Of a stretch of DNA of 64,000 nt, positions 9,762-23,075 are shown piece by piece (the stretch's first letter is position 1; every line of letters starts with the position of its first letter). A program made the translations under genes and the position numbers. Under the pieces are notes generated by a model that saw only the letters and a program-made list of their open reading frames with translations, did not search any database and was not told the origin of the DNA. This DNA comes from Camelus dromedarius (taxonomy: Eukaryota): contig NC_087437.1 in NCBI RefSeq assembly GCF_036321535.1, positions 12,278,001 through 12,342,000 on the forward strand. The letters are read 5' to 3'.

Positions 9762-11632
9762 GTAAGTACCACTGGGATTTATTCTTTTCTCTTGATTGAT
9801 TGGCTTAATGGACCTCGGAAAACAGGACGGTTCATATCCAAGGTGAGCTCTCATTTTGTTGGGTGTTGGTTTCTCTTGGTCTAGAAATCTGCCTTTGGTT
9901 CCATCAGCAGGAATATAATTTGAAACCAGATAAATGGTGGATCTGGGTCACTCAAAACCACATTGGTATTCTGTTCTATTTGATAAAATGTAAACACAAA
10001 TAGTAACAGCAGATGTGACCAACGCACCTGAAAAAACTGGCCGCTTGATAAATAACATGGACCGTGAATTAGGAGATAATACCGTAAAAATCACAAATGG
10101 TAACCCTGAATTTAACATCTATTTTGGTTGTGAGATCTTCCTTTGAATTTCTTACTCATTTGCTGGGTACGAATAAAATCTGTAATTGTTTTCGACTTCC
10201 CAGGGATCTTTGCCACCAGTTCGTACCGTGTACGCCTTTTAAATGTCCTTGATCACTTTTGGCTTTTTAAACTGTTTCTTACCTCCAGCCTTCTCTACAA
10301 TGTTGAGTATCTAGTACAATAAGATAGAAGTAGTTAGAGTTAGAATTCTTCAAGACTGATATGGCTTATCCATAGAAAGCATACATATTATATGTTTGTT
10401 TGTTTGTTTGTTTTTAGATAGTTCTGCCAATTTAAGGACAGGCTGTGGTAGCCAGTGAGCTTTTCCACCTTTTAGAAACAGGCTTCCTGTTGGGCACTTG
10501 GAGGTGAAAGGCACATTGACTCAATTGTGCTGCATCCAGCAGGCACGGTACCTTATCCAAGTTCCTTCAGGTTCATAACTTGGCACGAGCTCATCAGAGT
10601 TCTTTCTGCTGATTATTCCACATTTTGCTGCTTTTTATGGTGTTCCGCCAAGTGTTGGCTTAGCCTTAGAAGTTTTTCTTTTAAAATACTCCCTCAATTT
10701 TTCTGTATTGTGGTCTTTGCTCCATAACTTCTCCCTCCTACTATCTCCTTAGCTCACTGGGAGCAGGGAGCTTGCTTCGCCTACCTGGGATCCCACAGCT
10801 TTGATACAGTGCCTTCAGAATTAGTAGGAGATGGATTTCTGGATGCTTGGGTGTTTGGATAGATGGACAGATGGATGGATGGATGGATGGACAAACAGAT
10901 GGACAGACTCTCACTGCAGGGACATTGATTGCAGTCGTAATATTCTCCTGCCCGATATTTATTGACTTGTTTTCTTTCCTCCTTGGAATGACCTGATTAT
11001 AATTCTTCCCTTCTTTATTTGGGATTTCTGGCCTAAGTGTGTGACCAGTAAAGTCTTTTAAACTGCTTAATAACATTTTCCCATGCTTCTTAAGTTGAAG
11101 TTGAAAGTAGATGCAGCCAAAGTAGCTCCTTGGCTATCAGGAGAGGCAGAAAGAAAACCTGGATTCAATCTTGCTGGCCCAGGTGCCAGTGTGAGCCTGG
11201 TTCACCCAACGTGCAAATAATATAGTGAAGTTACTTTCAACTATCACATGGTAGGGTCTGACTAAATAATTCTATAGCTCAGCAAGCCTGATGGAGAGCA
11301 CATTCTAACACATTTCTCTCCTTAGGTCGGAAGAACATTTTGTAGATGTGGGCAAGGAATTAAGACATGAGTGTTAGGCCCATCCTGGGGGAGCTAATCT
11401 TGCAGGTTAAAAACTTTGGGTGGCTGTGGCCCCTAGATGCTCAGCATCAAACCCCAGCAACTTTGGGCTTCTTTGGCTACTAATTTTAAGGAAAATGCAG
11501 AGTGCAGTAAATGGAGGGGTGGGTGAGATCTTTATGCAAGATGAGCACCCCTGAACACTTAAACAGGCTCTCAATATACCAATCCCTGGCTCTCTGTTTG
11601 CAGATAGTTTGGGGTCTAAGAATTCTGTGGAG

Positions 11633-11835
11633 CAGTATTTGACAAACTTCAGCCTGGAAGGCAAAGCTGGCCCACCACCTGTTGTTGTAAATCAAGTTTT
11701 ATTGGAACACCCACACCCACTGGTTTACATATTGTCTGTGGCCACTTTCATGCTACAATGAAAGAGGCTAGATAGCCCCCCAATCCTAAGATAGTTGCTG
11801 TCTTGCTCTTTACAGAAGAAGTTTGCTGACCCCTG
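11633..11835 (+). mobile_element. MER58A-like hAT MITE
   Basis: aagttttattggaacac...tttacagaagaagtttgctgacccctg; degenerate 8-bp TSD ctgtggag/tagtggag. Confidence 0.85.
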
Positions 11836-12039
11836 TAGTGGAGATAAGACCACTGGGACAGGAGTCAAAGCCTCCCGAATCTAATCAGGCTGTGTCTCTA
11901 AGGGGAGATGTTAGCTCTCCTAATTCCTTAGTCCCTGAACGAGCTGGGCTAGATCGTACCTAAGGCTGCTCTCACTATAAACACAAGGCTGTTCTTTTCA
12001 TTTCACAGTTACCAGCAAGGCACAGGATGCCATCACTAC

Positions 12040-12117
12040 TGAGTCGACCCATCATGAAATAGCTATTTTTCAAAATCAAAATTGGTCAAATATTGGCAAT
12101 GTCATTTAATTCAACCT
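12040..12117. mobile_element. MADE2-like mariner MITE (about 80 bp)
   Basis: catgaaatagctatttt...ggtcaaatattggcaatgtcatttaattcaacct resembles the palindromic MADE2 consensus. Confidence 0.65.
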
Positions 12118-13554
12118 TTGGAAGAAGAGTGTCAGCAGTTCAAAAAAAAAAAGATGGTGAATAATTAATTACAGTTTTTTCTGAGGGTCCTGATGAGAGA
12201 GTGCTGAGTAACTACACCTTGGAAGATGTCACTGGAAGGTGTCTGGAGAAGACGCAGTAAAAGGACAAAGTATAGAAAGTTCAGGCTGGAAATTGCAAAG
12301 TTGACTTACTTCATTCTCTGGATAGTGTGCTGCTTAATTATTTCCTACTACAGGCAAAGCATACGAAAGCCACTTAGAAAAAGATCATTAAAAGAAGCCA
12401 CTGCTACTGTGTGGTCTGTTAGTTGGCCCTTGGATAGGCTGTTGCCTTTGTCAAAGCCTGCAGTTTAGAAAGACCATGAAACCAGGGGCAGGTCCAAAAA
12501 GTTACACACAGACTTTCTCTTGCTAAAATTAAACGAAGCTTTATTTATGCACTGAGGTTAGTTAGGGAGGTAGCCAAATTTCATAAAATCTTGATAATTA
12601 CCAAAACCCATGCTTGGGTGGAAAAGCTGGCTAACTGGGGGTGTGAAGGGAACAAACATGGTGGGAATGACGCCATAAGCAGGGTCTCATCACTGAACAA
12701 TGGGATCTGCTAGCATTTCTTTCATAATCTGCACGCCTCTTGATTCTGCCTCGTAACAAGGTTCTTTCAGCACCATGTTCTATGCAGGCTCCAGAACCTT
12801 CTGCCTCAAAAGGAAATGAAGAATTTCCACAGCAGCTACTGATGTTAGACCCACTCCTACTCTTCTGTCCATTCACTTCTGACTCCTGCGCAGCCTGTTC
12901 CTGACCAGAGCCTGAGCTCTGTCTGTCTAACACCTTTCTATAGCACACGTGACCTTCTTCCCATACATAACAGCGTCCTTGACCTGACCTCTCATTTATA
13001 GTCAATCTCGCTGAATTTCTCTTCCATAAACTATAAAATATTTTTATTTAAAGAACAGTATTTTATTATAAGACAGTCATATTCAAGTCTTTTCAGGATA
13101 AGGGGAGGTATAAATTAGAAAGAAAAGTTGTACTGTAAAGGGGTAAAATCAGATCATTTCAACTCCGACGAGCAGTGATTCCTTATGTGATAGCTCAGAT
13201 TTTCTCCTGGTTCCCACGCCCAGGCTAACAGCCCATCTTTCCTTGGTCTGTGCCAGTAGTGGACCCTGTTCCTCTGTAGCATGGAGGACTTGGCTACTGG
13301 TGTGACCATTTGTGACCACTCACAATTCAGAGGGAAATCTGTGACCACTTTTCAGAAATTCTGCTCTCTAACACCTTCTACCTAAAGGAAAAAATATATA
13401 TATTTGCAGGAGAGAAGTGAACTTAAAGCATCTTCTGTGTGTGCATATCCTTGTCTTTGCATTATGACTGAATTCTCATATCATGGAGTCTCTACAAGCT
13501 TAGAAATTAGGAAATCCACAAAAGAGAGAGTTAAGCAATAAGAAAAATGACCAT

Positions 13555-13785
13555 GTATCAAGCATCTCCTGGATAATCCACTGAGTGTTTATTTAATGTC
13601 TGCCATTCTTAATCTTTTTAAATAGATTCTTAATATAGCTGCTGGGCCATTAGCAGCAGTCCCATTTGACAGATGAAGACCATGAGGCTTAGAGAAAGTA
13701 AAGAGCCTACACTGGCTGGCTCATGTTGGAGCCAAATTTCAAGCCCAAATCTTGGGGGGACTTCAAAGTGCATGTCCTTCCCAGT
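13555..13785 (-). mobile_element. MIR SINE
   Basis: cccatttgacagatgaagaccatgaggcttagagaaagtaa. Confidence 0.7.
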
Positions 13786-16710
13786 GTGTTGGGCAATGAG
13801 ACCAACTTAACCCCTCAGATAATCCCCCAGCTGCACTGTGGGCATGTCTTTCCATGATGGTTCACGGAGTCCTTGGAGATGAAGGACCTGTATAGGACCT
13901 CACAACCTCTTTAGTTTCACCAACTCCTGTGGGAGCAGTTCTCACTGTTCATCAAAATGAGGGGTTGAGGGGGGACCCCATAGGCAGGGAGTCACTGCCA
14001 TGTCTCCGCTCAGCTCTCTCCTGTGGGCAGAGAGCTGGTCGCCTCCAGCAAGCATGACTTCCAGCAGGAGGGAAGCCTGCTCTGCTATGCCAGGGAACAC
14101 TCAAAATTTAATGTTCCAGAGCTCGCTGTGAAAGTTGGACAACTGTCCGTCTGTCTCTCTTTATGTTTCTTTCACGGCTGCTCGTTCTGGTTTATGGCCG
14201 CACATGTGCTTTTTTATAGGTTGTTGTAAGCTGGAAAATATTAAGAGTTTTGGCTTCGGAGCCTCTCTCAAAATGATCTCAGTTTAACGCCAGCATCTTA
14301 AAATGAGAATTCTTTTCCCCTGTTTCTTTAATGATCCAAAAGTGCTCTCCTGTCAGAATCACAAAAGAGGGTATTCGCTTAAAAACAATCCCAACTTTCT
14401 GGAGCGACAGACTGTGAAGCTCAGAATTAGCAATGACAAGACGTAAAATGAGTGTTATTTCTATTTCTTGTCTTAAACTAAGACGAGCCTTATTTACCCA
14501 GCTTGGCTAAAGCACGGTGTGCGGCCAGATTGGAATTCCTTATTGCACGTTAAGGACAATTGGCCCAGGGGTGTTGATTCTGTTTCAGATACCTGCATAT
14601 TGATGATAACTAAAACCAGCTCATTAATTTGTGTTATCCGTCACCCTTGCTCTGTAGTCTAATCTTCTTTCTACTGTGAGTTATATTTATACTTAAATGT
14701 ACACGAGGACCCCACTGAAAAAAGATCACATCTAATTTAAAGATATCTGGGACTTAATATATTGCTGGTATTTAGTGAATGTCAGACGTAATAGTATGAT
14801 CCTTAGGTGCGTATCCTTCACAATTTGTAACCCAAATATAAGTAAGTTTAAAGAAAGTGAAAGAAACTTGTTAGGAATTTTAGTAAACTCAGTTATAGCA
14901 ATTTTGTCCATCTCATTGGCTTTGGTCATTTGGTATTTCTAAAGTTCTAAGATGCCAAAGGCTTTTATCTGAATGTTTTAGAAATAGAGTTGAAGCTTTT
15001 GGAATGATTGAAGGGTTTTAGTGGTCTTGCACAGGCCTAGGGCCGTGTGTGTAGGATGTAAGGCTCCATTCCTTAAACAGGTATTGATTACTTCAGTGAA
15101 GTGCCCCTTTCCCCAGTAATAAAGGAATCTGTGTGTCATCTCCTTGATGTCCCTACAATTTCCCCAGACTCTGATCGAGCGCAGCGTGTAATCCTTTGAA
15201 TAGTTCTAATGAGGAGCTGGGTCCATTCTGTTTATTGAACTTCACCCCAAAGGGATCAGGAATATGTGAACATGAATTAGAAACAAAAAGATTACTGTTC
15301 AGTTTCATCAACTTAACTACGATGCCCAAAGGAGAATTTCAACTCTCAGTGTGTGTTTTTGAATAGAAATAGGCTTTCAGTCCATGGAGGTGATCATAAA
15401 AACAGGAATGGATTTTCCTCTAAGTTACTCCTGCCTATGATCATTCCTAGGGAGGGCATGTTTGAAAGAATAGATACCAAAAAGAGACCAAGAAGGGAGA
15501 AAGAAAGGGATGCTTTAGGGTTTATATTAGAATGCTTTTTGGTATTCTATTTATGAAATAAATTAAACAGACTTTTACCAAGAGCATTTTTGACCTTTTG
15601 AAAATTGAACCTCTGAAAACTGGAATCACAACAGCTCTGAGTTGGCTGAGATGTGAAACCTTCCATGGGTTCCAAATTTCTGTCTTGATGAACTCATCAG
15701 TCTACAACTCGTGCACATTTCAGATGGGCTATTCTGCTTCTAACGATGAAAACCCCATTCGGGTGACCTTAAGTGACGGGAGATTAACCTCCACACACGT
15801 CCACGTGGACGCACATGAGGACAGGCAGTGCTGCCCCCAGGCGGCTGCCCCCTGGGCCGTCTTCAGGATGGAGCTCAGGCAGTTCCACAGGAGCTCTGGC
15901 CATTTATGCTGTGATGCAGCTCCCGATTTTGTCTTGGCTTCTCTGTTTTTCTGCTTTGGTTCCCTCTGACATTTGAATGGTTTTGGTAATTTAAATAGGT
16001 GAGGGGGTGGGGAGGGAAGGTGGAAGAGAGAGGAAGAGAGAGAGAAATAAGAGAAAGGCAGAGAGAGACTCTAATTAACCTGGTCATTTGAGCTGCAGGC
16101 CACCTCCAAGAACTTGGGACTGGTAGAGCAGCCAATGGGCAGGTGCTGCCATCAGACCACTTGATTTTTCACTTTGCCATGAGCATGTGTTAAACGTAGC
16201 TGCCATTTATTTAATGTGCTCCAGGTCTTACCTCTATCTGCCCACAGGAAAAGAGAAATAAAGGAACAAAGATGGAGGTAACCAACTTTCCCAGGGTTGT
16301 CAGACAAAACTGGTGGGCCTGGGTTTGAATGCTTCTTGCTCTAAAGCCAATCTTATTTTCACAACTCGGTGTTAGCTACGGATATCAAGGTGATGCGAAG
16401 ATTTTCACACACAGTATCTCGCACTCCTACTGGGAAGTCATAAGCACCTAAAATCGTTTCGATCAAAAACTCTGATGGCTCTTTGTCCTCTAAGACCTTG
16501 ATTTTGCAAAGCTTGTAACATCCCCTCCCACCCACGGACCTACTGTGCGTACTGTTTTTCTGTTTTTTTGATTTTTGTTTTGTTTTGACTATACATGTCC
16601 TATTCCGCTGTCTTCAGTTGTTTTCATAGATTTACCTCCTCTCTGCGTCTGTTAACCTGAATGCCTGGCACAAAGTAGAAACTCACTTAAGGTTTGTGGA
16701 ATGACCGAAT

Positions 16711-17442
16711 CAATGGTTCTTGCTGGTGGAGGATTTTGGAAATTTGTGGATATGCTTTTGGATGTTGCAATTATTGGCAGCACTCTAGACAATAAATGGA
16801 TAAGGGCTAGGAGGCTGACTGTGAACAAGAGTTGCAAATAGTAAAAAATTCCCTGATGTCCTCATGATTTCCCAATGTCCCACCAGACGGTCATGTCAAG
16901 AACTGCCCCCCCCAAATAAATTATGATTAACTCAAGCTAAACCATAATTCCATTTAAAATATGAATGCAAAATATTGTATGCTTTTGTTGTATCCTGAAT
17001 TATAGGGCTATCATTGCTGGGTAAATTGAGAGTAGGCCAGTCTTTGTGTTGTTTGATATGTTTCGAAGAGTCGTTCACCATTTCAGGAAATTGTGTCTCT
17101 GCTGACAGTGCTCTTCTTGGTGTTTAGGTCACCAATACCACACATTTTTATCAACCTGCATTTGTAGTTAAAACATTCAATGCAATTCTGCATAGAGGGA
17201 CATGCATCTTAACACTAGTGCATGCCTGAACACTTACACGTTGAAATAACTATTATTTTATTATAAATGTTTTTCTTTGAATTCATCCATGATATTGCAG
17301 TCAGGGCATTATATTATCTTCTTTGAAATTACATGTGTAGGTGGGCTATATTAGCTATGATTTTCATCTTGATATAGTAAAGCGGGTGTCATAAAAAATG
17401 TTACTAAAAGAACCATTGCATCCAGAAGGTTCATGATTACTG
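16711..17442. mobile_element. MER20B-like hAT element inserted into an L2 3' tail (about 16655-16710, resuming at about 17443)
   Basis: caatggttct...gtgggctatattagctatgattttcatcttgatatagtaaagcggg...tactg. Flanks gaccgaat/gaatgaat form a degenerate 8-bp TSD. Upstream gcctggcacaaagtagaaactca is an L2 end. Confidence 0.7.
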
Positions 17443-17697
17443 GAATGAATGGATGGATGGATGGATGGGTGGATGGATCCATGAATGAGTCAGTTGGAAA
17501 TAAGTAACCGTGTCAAATAAACTGCTTCGAAAGTAAATGTTCTGGCTGTTGAGAGAAGAGGAAGGAGCTATTTAAGTGAAATGGGCAGAGAAGGGTTTGC
17601 AAAACCAAATGCAGTGATGTGCCACACATAGGACAGTGGGCGTGGTGCTGGGAAAAGCCATGTCCACAAGACCCACGGAAAGGAGGAAGGTGGGTTG

Positions 17698-17980
17698 CTT
17701 TTTGTTTTGTTTTGTTTTGTTTTGTTTTGTTTTGTTTTGTTTTGTTTTTGAAGTTAGTTATTTTTAATTTATTTTATTGAAGTATGGTCAGTTTACAATG
17801 TTGTGTCAATTTCTAGTGTACAACAAAATGTTTCAGACATCCGTATACATACATATATTCATTTTCATGTTCTTTTTCATTAAAGACTGGTATAAGATAT
17901 TGAATATAGGTCCCTGTACTCTACAGAAGAAATCTGTTTATCTATTTTATATGTAGTAGTTAGTGTCTGCAAATCTTGAA
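17698..17980 (-). mobile_element. Lineage-specific L1 3' end with a (TTTTG)n tail-derived microsatellite (17698-17750)
   Basis: ttttattgaagtatggtcagtttacaatgttgtgtcaatttctagtgtaca...; reverse-complement homologue of 60036-60389. Confidence 0.88.
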
Positions 17981-18295
17981 GGTGTTTTAATTTTCCATCT
18001 GGGATGGCATGTGGGTTTGATAAGGAGCCATCCAGCCTTTGCCTCCATTTCCTGATGTGTAACCAGAGTCCCCATGATGTACAAGAGGGAATCAAACATG
18101 CTGTCATTCATGAATTCACTCTTGTAATATTTACTTAACACACGTGTGTTAGGTATTGCAGAAGGCACCTCCGCATCTCTCTGATCGTTTGCTGGGTGAG
18201 CCCGTCAGAGCCATCAGTTCTCCCTTGTGTGTCCTGCCAGGTTCTACCTCCCATGAGACCTCATTTCAGGATTTACCAGGAAAAACGTCCAGGAC

Positions 18296-18705
18296 CATTA
18301 TGGGTTGAATTGCGTCTCCCCAAAAATGATGAACTCCTAATCCCCAGGATCTATGAGTTGAATGTAACTCCACTTAGGAATGGAGTCTTCTCAGATGATC
18401 AAGTTAAAATGAAGTCATTAGGGTGGACCCTAATCCAGGATGGTGAGTGTGCTTGTCATGAGGAGAAGTGTGGACACAGAGACAGGGCTACAGAGAGGAG
18501 GCCATGTGAGGACTGGGGTTATGCTGCCATAAGACAGGGGACACCAAGACGGCCAGCACACCACCAGGAGCTCGAGGAGAGGTGTGGAGCAGATTTTGCC
18601 TCACAGCCTCAGAAGGAAGCAATCCTACCGGCACCCTGACTTTGGACTTCTAGCCTCCAGAACTGTTTATGCTACTTTGTTGCAGCAGCCGCAGGAAACT
18701 AACAG
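18296..18705 (+). mobile_element. MaLR solo LTR (MLT1C-like)
   Basis: ttatgggttgaattgcgtctcccc...gggtggaccctaatcca...ttggacttctagcctccagaactgt...gcagcagccgcaggaaactaaca. Confidence 0.88.
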
Positions 18706-20149
18706 GAACCATAACTGTGGCCAATACCTTCCTACCACTGGAGAGGGAAAAACTATGCATTTGATCTTTTCCCCCTTTAAAAATGTCTAGTAATTCAGCT
18801 GTCTTCTCATAATTTTATCCTCACAATGACTTTCTTTTCCTGCGTATTGTGGCTCCCTCGGCTTGAACGAATGAATATTTTAGGAAAGTGATTTTTTGTT
18901 CCCTTCCTAGACAATCTCTCTTAATTCTGGCAGCTACAAGTCCATGATCATGAGTCACAACATTCGCGACTTTTTAAACGAATTTCTCTGTATGCCTCCC
19001 TGGCTTTCTTTGGGTCCTTTCCTTGGATCCTTGGGTGCTAAACTCCCACCCTCTTCCATGACCCCCCACCTGTCTTGTTTAATATGCACTTTGATTTTAA
19101 TGTTAAAGCCTTTGCCTCCCAGCTCTGCGAGGTTACCCATCGCTGTCTTATTGGAGCCTGTGTGACTCTCCAGAAGAGTGATTCTTATTACAAGTTCATA
19201 TTTCAAGTTCCAGTCACTGAGAGAACATTGGCCACAGCGATCTTACCATTATAATTATTGGTTCTTTATGATCTCCAGCATCACTTTATTGGCTATCTGG
19301 CCGTCTCTTCAGGATTTGTGAGCTATAAATTTCATTGACTTTGTCTAACCTTCCAGAATTCATGGTGGCTTCTCCCTCTTTGATCAGGCAAATTTGAGCG
19401 ACTTCCCTGTCTGGCTCCTGGCGCCCTTTTTCAGTAATACGCCCTTTCTTTTTTTATACTTAGAGTAAGTTTTGTCATACAATTAGTTCTATCCTCTGTT
19501 CATGTCCTGGTCTTTACAACTACTTCAGTTAGTTCTCCACATCTGAGATGTTTTAGTTCCTTACAACCAAAAACCTTCTTCAATTGTTTTGAGACCTAAA
19601 GTTTACATCACATGTAAACTTCACTGAAGGATTCTGGGCCTCACTAAACTCTTCCCTCGTTAACTTTGCCTTCAGTGAAGTGGGTACCTGGGCTACTGTC
19701 TTTTTACATCATAAGATGAATCAAATTTAATAACATGAAAATCTGTGTATGTAGGTTTTTTTTTTTTCCAATTTTTGGCCAAAATCTAAAAAAGGCCATT
19801 GTACCATTTGATGGAAATGACCACTTCCAATGAGAAGGCATCCTGTTAATTTAGTATTAAGATATTTTGCCAAATGTCCATAAGTTTTACAAATGTTTAG
19901 ACAAAATTGAAATGTCAGGGCATTTTGGGGATAAGGGTGGTGGTTTGACCTGTGCCCTGTGGGTGCTAATGGCAGCAGTAAGCTATGTAGCCATTGTTTT
20001 GGGGTGAATCACACGGGGCGTCGGGAGCGGCATTCAGAGACTGCCCCTCACCTCTAGGGGCGACAGTCAACGGCAAAAGTACTAATTAGGAAAGGTTCAT
20101 CTTGTTGAACCAAAAATGGTATTAATGCAGATAATTTGGGGGGCAAAGG

Positions 20150-20385
20150 CAGTAGAAATGAGGCAGGAGACTTTGCAGGACAGTTTTACGCAGACCCCCT
20201 CTGTGTCCTTGAGCAGGGTTTTAAACTTGTGTTTCAGCTTCCTGGTCTGTAAAATCAGGGTAGTGGCACCTTCAAAGAGTCATGAGGAGACTGTCATCAG
20301 TTGATACACATAAGCTACTTACCACAGCACTGTAACAGTGGAAACTCAACAAATACTAACAGTCATTACTATCACCTGCTCTCTG
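20150..20385 (+). mobile_element. MIR SINE
   Basis: tgtgtccttgagcaggg...tttcagcttcctggtctgtaaaatcagggtagt. Confidence 0.7.
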
Positions 20386-21609
20386 AAGTCAGAATCCATC
20401 TGCTCGTAAGCAAAATCCTTTCTTGTGGCAGGACTTTCATTCCATCAACTGTTCATTTTAAGAACTGCTTCCTGAACGTAAAGGTTGCTCTTACACACAC
20501 AAGTACTTTTCCATATTCTTTAAAGTCTACATCAGGCCACAGTTTTCACTTCACCGTGTTTATACTTTGCCAAGATTTTCCCTTAAATTTCAGAATTCTC
20601 CAGGAGGTGGTTTTGACTTTATTGGAAAGGACTCTTTTTCATGAGTAACCCTGGCCTGCGGAGTAATTCATATTTATCACAAAGAGCTCACATCCAGAAA
20701 GTGCACGTGCATCTGAGCTTGTCTCACAGGCGAGCTCCCTTCAGAGTCAGGGATCTCAGGCCAAGGCTGGGCCCTCCTCTCCTCCTGGGGCTGCAGGCTC
20801 TGCAAGTCAGTCTGTCTCTATAAACAATCTCTAATAACGCTTGATCTAATTTCTGCAATGTTTATAATAACATACATTTCTCAGCCGCGATGGTTTTGCT
20901 TCTGTTAATACCAAGCTACTCTAATGTTAATTGCTTAATGGTGATGAAGTTGGCCAATCTAAAATAAGATGCCTAGAGAAAAACCTAATCTTGACATTTT
21001 ACACCAGTAAATAGCACTTAATGATGACCACGTGGTTCGAAAGAAAGCAACCCTTCCCATACTTAGTAAACCTCTTTTATCAGAATGTCTTGATGGCATA
21101 TTGGACCAAATAGGGATTTCTGTGTGTTCTGATGGCAATCTGTGAGACGCCCACGGACTTCACACCATCCTTGTCTCCTGCCCTGATCCCCTGGAGGCAA
21201 TTTCAGGATTTGCCTTTCACTTCTTTGCAAGAAATCTTATTCCAGAACCAAATTAAAGTATGCATGTGCCTCTGTTAATATAGTTTTGTTCCACTCTGAA
21301 TCCCCTAATAGGTTTAAGTAAATATACATGAAGTAAATACTGCTGCAAAGGTTAACATCTCTTTAGTACTCATCACAATTTTTTGATTCCCCACTTTGAG
21401 AATGGAAGACAGAGATGTGTGTTCAGAAGTGGGCAAACAGAGAAGTGCTGTGGAGAAATGGAAAAGACAAGGCTTGGTGCTGGGACCCAAGACTCCAATG
21501 GTAAACACAACTGGCAGAGATGGAATATAGCAAGGATATGGAAAGACCTGGTACACTGGAAGAAAAAGACGAATAATCCGAGCCAGACATAGTCAGGAGA
21601 CTTCATTTT

Positions 21610-23075
21610 ACTGAAAAAAGAATTTAAATGTCCCATATCAACCTCATATTGGTAGTTACGGAAATACAAATCAGGGCCACCTTGCAATGTCATTTTATAT
21701 TCACTGTTAGAAAAATTAAGAAGGGTAGTGACAATACCAAGTGTTCACTAGAATGTCGATCAACAGATACTCTGAGATATATTGCTGGCGAGAGTATAAT
21801 TTAGTGTAATTATCTTGAAAACGACTTAGCACCCTCCTATACAATGTAATATTCAGATTTCCTATGACCAAGCAAAATCCTAGAGTAGCTCTTTAACAGG
21901 AATATCAGGATTCGTGTTTAAGAATGGTCATAGTAACACTGTTCACAAAAAGTAAAAATTGGATACCATCCAAATATCTGTGAGCAGACGTGCTCATATG
22001 CACTAAATTAAATAGTTTTCATCAATGAAAATGAAGTTATAGGCAACAACACAAATAGATCATAGAAACATAATATTGAGTAAAAAGGCAAATTCTTTAA
22101 GACTACACAGGATGCTAACATTTTTATAAACCTCAGAGAAATATTGTTCAGAAAAATATATATATTTGTAATAAAGCTACACATTTTAAAAAGTCAAGGG
22201 AATGATAAAGACCAAACTTAAGAGATATCTCCTGGGGTTAAATGGGATAGGCAAGTGGATGGGATAAGCAAGAACCACACGGGTGGATGCAACAGAAGTG
22301 ACAAGAGTTCTAATTCCTACATACTCATTTTACTAATATGCTTTATACCCCATGCGTGTGTATATATATACACACACACATACATATACATATATATATA
22401 TAAAGAGAGAGAGAGAGCATATATTTTGTAATTATTAAGTATACATTAAAAAGATAAAGGCTATGACTATATTCTCCATGTGTTAGAAACAGACAGGAGA
22501 AAGGAAAAGTAAAGAAAATTGGCCGTAGCCTTAAGCAGAAAATTCACGTTACAAAAAAAAGGCAAATGGCCAATAAAAATTTTTTTTTTAATTTCAGTCT
22601 TAACAGTAGTTGGACCAATGCAAATTTTCAAAGAAATGCAAATTAGGATTTTATTTCTTGTTATGAGAAAGCAGAGATTTAAAAGAAAGAGTCCCATTGT
22701 TACTCGGGCTGTAGAGAAATGAACACTCATGTGCAGTCTTGATGGTGAGAATGAAAATTGATATATCCTTTCTATGGAATAATTTTGCAGTAAATGACAA
22801 GGGCCTTAAAATATTCATACCAATGGCTTTGCGTTTTTGCTGCTATGAATTTATTCATAAGAAATAAATGTTTTAGTGTGCTTGGGAGGACACAGATATT
22901 AGCACAGACTTGTTTATAATTAAAAAAAAAACTGGCGACAACCTTCCTGGCTAATAAAAAATGATTTATTAAAATAGAGAGAGAATGAAAATGATAAGCA
23001 GCCCTTTTAAATGTCAATGGAGAAATTAATATTGACACGAAAATGTTCAATGGGGAAAACAAGTTACAGACTTAA
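21610..23075 (+). mobile_element. Old L1ME-type fragments (two adjacent 3' regions) with a TA/CA/GA microsatellite at about 22355-22417
   Basis: gacaataccaagtgtt...attgctggcgagagtataa...cctatgaccaagcaa...aaacataatattgagtaaaaaggca; second copy has aaagaaatgcaaatta...gagaaatgaacactcat. Confidence 0.65.

Noticed and set aside
12400..12660. Possible ancient antisense LTR fragment (minus-strand AATAAAGCTTCG)
   Set aside because: Too diverged to assign a family or boundaries by eye.
20041..20066. CTCF-like CCTCTAGGGGCG in a small CpG-rich patch
   Set aside because: One G short of the core spacing; the patch is too short to be a CpG island.
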